Assembly (NCBI GenBank): GCA_021730855.1
Contig: JAKFYM010000012.1
Coordinates: forward strand, 1-35,519
DNA length: 35,519 bases
DNA from: Bdellovibrionales bacterium
GTDB lineage: Bacteria > Bdellovibrionota > UBA1018 > CAIPTA01
Direction: 5' to 3'
Both the position numbers and the translations under genes were made by a program. Below are positions 32,602 to 35,519 of the stretch, piece after piece (position 1 is the stretch's first letter; every line of letters begins with the position of its first letter). Below the pieces are notes generated by a model. The model ran no database searches, was not told the origin of the DNA, and saw only the letters and a list, made by a program, of their open reading frames with translations.

Positions 32602-33657
32602 ATGGAGAACCGCTATCCAACACTAAGCCAACATAAGATCCCCCACGAGATAAGGATGACCGATGCCCTGGTAGGCCATCTCATGCGCATTGCGGAGACC
32701 AAGCCCTTCCTGGACGAGTACCTGGGCACCCCCCAGGAGGTGAAGCTGCTCCGAAAGGCCAAGGTGCGCGCCATCACGTACTCCAACCAGATTGAAGGCA
32801 ATACCCTAGGGGAGAGTGAAGTCACCGCCGTGCTTCAGGGAAAGCGCGTGGCCGGATCGGCAAAGGACATCAAGGAAGTGCAAAACTACCACGAGGCCCT
32901 CGACTATATAGAGCAGCTGGCCGAGGACACCCGCCCTCTCAAGGTCGTCGATATGTGCGACATTCAGAAGTTAATTACCCAGGGACTGATCGAGGAAAGA
33001 CAGTGTGGTCGTATCCGCTCGATTCCTGTTTCTATTGTAAACGCCGGCACTGGCGAAATTCTAGAAGAATGCCCACAGCCGCATGCCCTGAAAGATCTCC
33101 TCAATGATCTGTGGCGCTGGTTAGAAGACACTAAAGATTCCAACCCGTTCACACGGGTCTTTGCCTTTCACTTCATTGCGGTATCCATACATCCTTTCGC
33201 CGATGGCAATGGCCGCACCGTACGCCTAATGCAGCATCTACTGTTGATGCTCGGCGGACAGCGGCTTGCGCGGTTTGTGCCTAGCGAAACCGCTATCATG
33301 CGCGGACGTGACCGCTACTACTCCGCAATCCGCCAGAGCCGCGCACTGGGGCAGCTGCATCCGATCTTGGAATTCCTAGCAGAATGTTTCGCCAATTCTG
33401 CCGAAGAAGTGGTGAACGATGGCCGGAAACTCCTGCGTGACAGTGCCGGTAAAACTCCGGAAGCGCGGCACAGGAAGATTCTCGCCCACGCAAAGAGGCG
33501 CGAGCAGTTCTCCATGCATGATGTAGTGGAATGGTTGCCCGATATTCCTAAGCGAACCCTGGAGCGAGACATGGCCGCGCTTGTAAAGAAGCATGCGCTC
33601 AAGGCCAAGGGCGAACGGAAGGCGCGCATCTATAGCTTCGCGAAGGGGCAACGCTAA
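32602..33657 (+). CDS. Class II Fic-domain protein (AMPylase-type) with an N-terminal inhibitory motif and a C-terminal winged-helix-like domain
   Basis: Fic motif HPFADGNGRTVR (33190-33225). Inhibitory-helix motif SNQIEG, i.e. [ST]xxxE[GN] (32782-32799). The C-terminal segment FSMHDVVEWLPDIPKRTLERDMAALVKKHAL is HTH-like. Confidence 0.88.
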   Translation: MENRYPTLSQHKIPHEIRMTDALVGHLMRIAETKPFLDEYLGTPQEVKLLRKAKVRAITYSNQIEGNTLGESEVTAVLQGKRVAGSAKDIKEVQNYHEALDYIEQLAEDTRPLKVVDMCDIQKLITQGLIEERQCGRIRSIPVSIVNAGTGEILEECPQPHALKDLLNDLWRWLEDTKDSNPFTRVFAFHFIAVSIHPFADGNGRTVRLMQHLLLMLGGQRLARFVPSETAIMRGRDRYYSAIRQSRALGQLHPILEFLAECFANSAEEVVNDGRKLLRDSAGKTPEARHRKILAHAKRREQFSMHDVVEWLPDIPKRTLERDMAALVKKHALKAKGERKARIYSFAKGQR

Positions 33658-33896
33658 AATGGTCCGTTCTAAATTTGGGTAATTCCAAAAGAAAGAACTT
33701 CTTCGGTTGTTGACATTGCGGATAGACTTATACTCAACGATCGGCGCCCTCTAACGAGAGACGAGTGGGATCAGGTAATCCTATAATCCTATAGATTCGT
33801 CCACCCAAAGAATTCAGCTTCACGAGAAAACGTCGTGGATGTATCGTAGACTTTTCGACATCTAGGTTTTGCGCAGTGGGGCAGTATCGGTGAATA

Positions 33897-34643
33897 ATGT
33901 TCAATCATAAGTTTGACCAAGCTCCCAATCACACCGTAGCGTTAAACTGGTTCCTTCTTAGCTTTAGCGGCGGGTGCATCAACGCTGGTGGATTTCTGGC
34001 CACAGGAAGGTTCGTGAGCCACGTAACGGGGTTTGCTACGCTCTTCGGCGTAGACGTAGTGAATGGTCAGATCGAAGCGGCCATTGGAATCCTATCTGTT
34101 CCTGTTTTCTTTCTCTTTGGCGCCTTTCTAGCTGGGCTGATGATCGATCGCCCCATCTACCTCGGCAAGAAACCTCACTTCGATTGGGTGATGGGGCTGA
34201 GCGCTCTATGTCTTTTCATAGTGGCTGCTGCTGGTGCACTTCCCCTATTCGGAAACTTTGGTGACGAGTTAAGCTTAAGGAGAAGTTACCTGCTCTTAGC
34301 GCTCCTATGCCTTGCAAGCGGGCTTCAAAACGCCGCCATCACTTCCTCCTCTGGGCGCTCGGTTAGGACTACCCACTTGACCGGGCTTACAACGGATCTT
34401 GGAATCGGCTTATCTCGCGCGCTTACCGTTAGGTCAGAAAAAGACCGATTTTCAAAGGAAATGTGGACAAACTATCTACGCGCCGGTTCCATCGCGGCGT
34501 TCGTTGTTGGATCAGCAATTGGTGCCGGTGTTTTCTTACGCTTTGGTTATTCAGGATTTATTCTCTCTGGCTTAGTGGCGACTTACGCCGCTTGGCACGG
34601 AAGAAAAGCAAAGATCACCGCTCACGAACTGCTGGATCCCTGA
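33897..34643 (+). CDS. DUF1275/YoaK-family membrane protein
   Basis: 248 aa. N-terminal LSFSGGCINAGGFLATGRFVSHVTGFAT, and later LQNAAITSSSG...THLTGLTTDLG. Confidence 0.75.
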   Translation: MFNHKFDQAPNHTVALNWFLLSFSGGCINAGGFLATGRFVSHVTGFATLFGVDVVNGQIEAAIGILSVPVFFLFGAFLAGLMIDRPIYLGKKPHFDWVMGLSALCLFIVAAAGALPLFGNFGDELSLRRSYLLLALLCLASGLQNAAITSSSGRSVRTTHLTGLTTDLGIGLSRALTVRSEKDRFSKEMWTNYLRAGSIAAFVVGSAIGAGVFLRFGYSGFILSGLVATYAAWHGRKAKITAHELLDP

Positions 34644-34813
34644 AAGAATTTTTCCTCATAACGACGAAGAATCTGAGCCTGCAACTGAATCGCTGCCAGA
34701 GAATTTTTGATCTCATGAGCAATGTTTGCTGCCGTTTCTCCGATGGCACTAGATACTAAAGTGGTTGCAGCGAGACAAAGAAAAAACACCTGCCAGCACT
34801 CAAACCCATACAA
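34622..34813 (-). pseudogene. Remnant of a sensor histidine kinase: TM helix plus H-box only
   Basis: The ORF encodes WQVFFLCLAATTLVSSAIG followed by ANIAHEIKNSLAAIQLQAQIL (HisKA H-box), then terminates. There is no ATPase domain and no ATG (TTG only). It overlaps the 3' end of the convergent DUF1275 gene by 22 nt. Confidence 0.4.
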
Positions 34814-34814
34814 T

Positions 34815-35507
34815 CTAACTTTGCGAAAGTTGATTTTCTAGCCCCAGCAAGTTTATCGACGCAAAGGGAACCGCGCCCACCTCGTGCAAATGTCCACAGA
34901 AAGCTTGAAATTTTTTATCATTGGTTACGAGTACGTCACAATAAGCACCCACGGCAGCGTGCTCTATATCTTTCCAATTGTTTTTATTTAACGACTGAAA
35001 AGCGGCGATCTTTGAGTTTGAGGAATTCGGGAAGAGATTACATAAATGCCTAAAGATAAGTAAATTTGTAAATACCCTCATAGCAGTCCACTCACTTGAA
35101 TAGACCAATCTCTTGAATGTTTTTTTTGAAAATTCAGTCCGAGTGCCCAAAAGACCATTCCAAATTTCATATGCCATACCCACGTAAACGGAATCACTCC
35201 TAACGCCGTTGAATGTGCGTAATCTACGATCACACTCATCAAATGGAATATTCGTGTTTACTTTTATTTCTCGGTCTACCTTATGAAGACTTTCAGTACT
35301 CTCTTGCGCCCTCTCTCGATACCCTTTATGAGAAAGATGCATATTTATCATTTTCTCTTTGTTCAAAAACGCCTTCGCTAGCGCGTCCATTTCGGCAATT
35401 GCAGGAATTCCGCTGAGTCGTCCTTTTTTATCAACTTCCATTTCTAAAATTTTTGGAACAACATTGGAAAAAATTATGAACTTTTCCTGTCCAAATCGCT
35501 GAACCAT
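34815..35507 (-). CDS. Hypothetical protein with a PIN-like C-terminal motif; possibly 5'-partial at the window edge
   Basis: 230 aa from ATG 35507. The frame stays open to the window end (35519). The C-terminal DIEHAAVGAYCDVLVTNDKKF resembles the last acidic-residue strand of PIN nucleases. The gene is visibly AT-rich. Confidence 0.5.
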   Translation of the reverse strand: MVQRFGQEKFIIFSNVVPKILEMEVDKKGRLSGIPAIAEMDALAKAFLNKEKMINMHLSHKGYRERAQESTESLHKVDREIKVNTNIPFDECDRRLRTFNGVRSDSVYVGMAYEIWNGLLGTRTEFSKKTFKRLVYSSEWTAMRVFTNLLIFRHLCNLFPNSSNSKIAAFQSLNKNNWKDIEHAAVGAYCDVLVTNDKKFQAFCGHLHEVGAVPFASINLLGLENQLSQS

Positions 35508-35519
35508 TTCCCCTATAAC

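Noticed and set aside
33658-33896. 239-bp leader region of the DUF1275 gene, examined for a riboswitch
   Set aside because: It contains only short hairpins (CACGA-GAAAACG-TCGTG) and a tandem AATCCTATA duplication (33778-33796). It matches no riboswitch core I know, and the TTGACA at 33711 lacks a properly spaced -10.

Overview
This is a 35.5-kb bacterial chromosomal window with about 35 protein-coding genes. I found no tRNA genes, rRNA genes, CRISPR array, integrase or transposase. The gene content suggests a Gram-negative organism, possibly Bdellovibrio-like or deltaproteobacterial, but that is only an impression.

Housekeeping and envelope genes:
- A pseudouridine synthase.
- An rbp-infA-lpxL operon.
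- A DEAD-box helicase and SodC.
- Two histidine kinases plus one response regulator.
- A STAS/HD-GYP pair, outer-membrane barrels and several transporters.
- A 1594-aa metzincin lipoprotein.

These are interleaved with visibly more AT-rich accessory patches that carry toxin-type modules:
- A tripartite HipB-HipS-HipT system (354-1919).
- BrnT/BrnA (28123-28660).
- A class II Fic protein (32602-33657).
- A PIN-like protein at the right edge.

Non-coding signals that the ORF track does not explain:
1. Two 100%-identical, 127-bp, hairpin-rich direct repeats lie directly 3' of hipT. The first copy is cut by the window edge.
2. Three palindromic operators overlap the hipB promoters.
3. A 180-bp imperfect palindrome sits in a divergent intergenic region (20140-20319).
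4. A ydaO-class c-di-AMP riboswitch sits in the leader of a KimA-type K+ transporter (about 26949-27070, minus strand).
5. Seven TGGCGGATAA repeats wrap a promoter that ends at the fic start codon.
6. A second repeat module (CTTTACTA / CTTGAGGC) lies just upstream of that array.
7. A histidine-kinase remnant looks like a recombination scar.

Nothing here is proven to be a new system. The structured tandem repeats and the Fic iteron array are the best candidates for follow-up. All calls rest on reading the sequence and on remembered family motifs; no searches were run.
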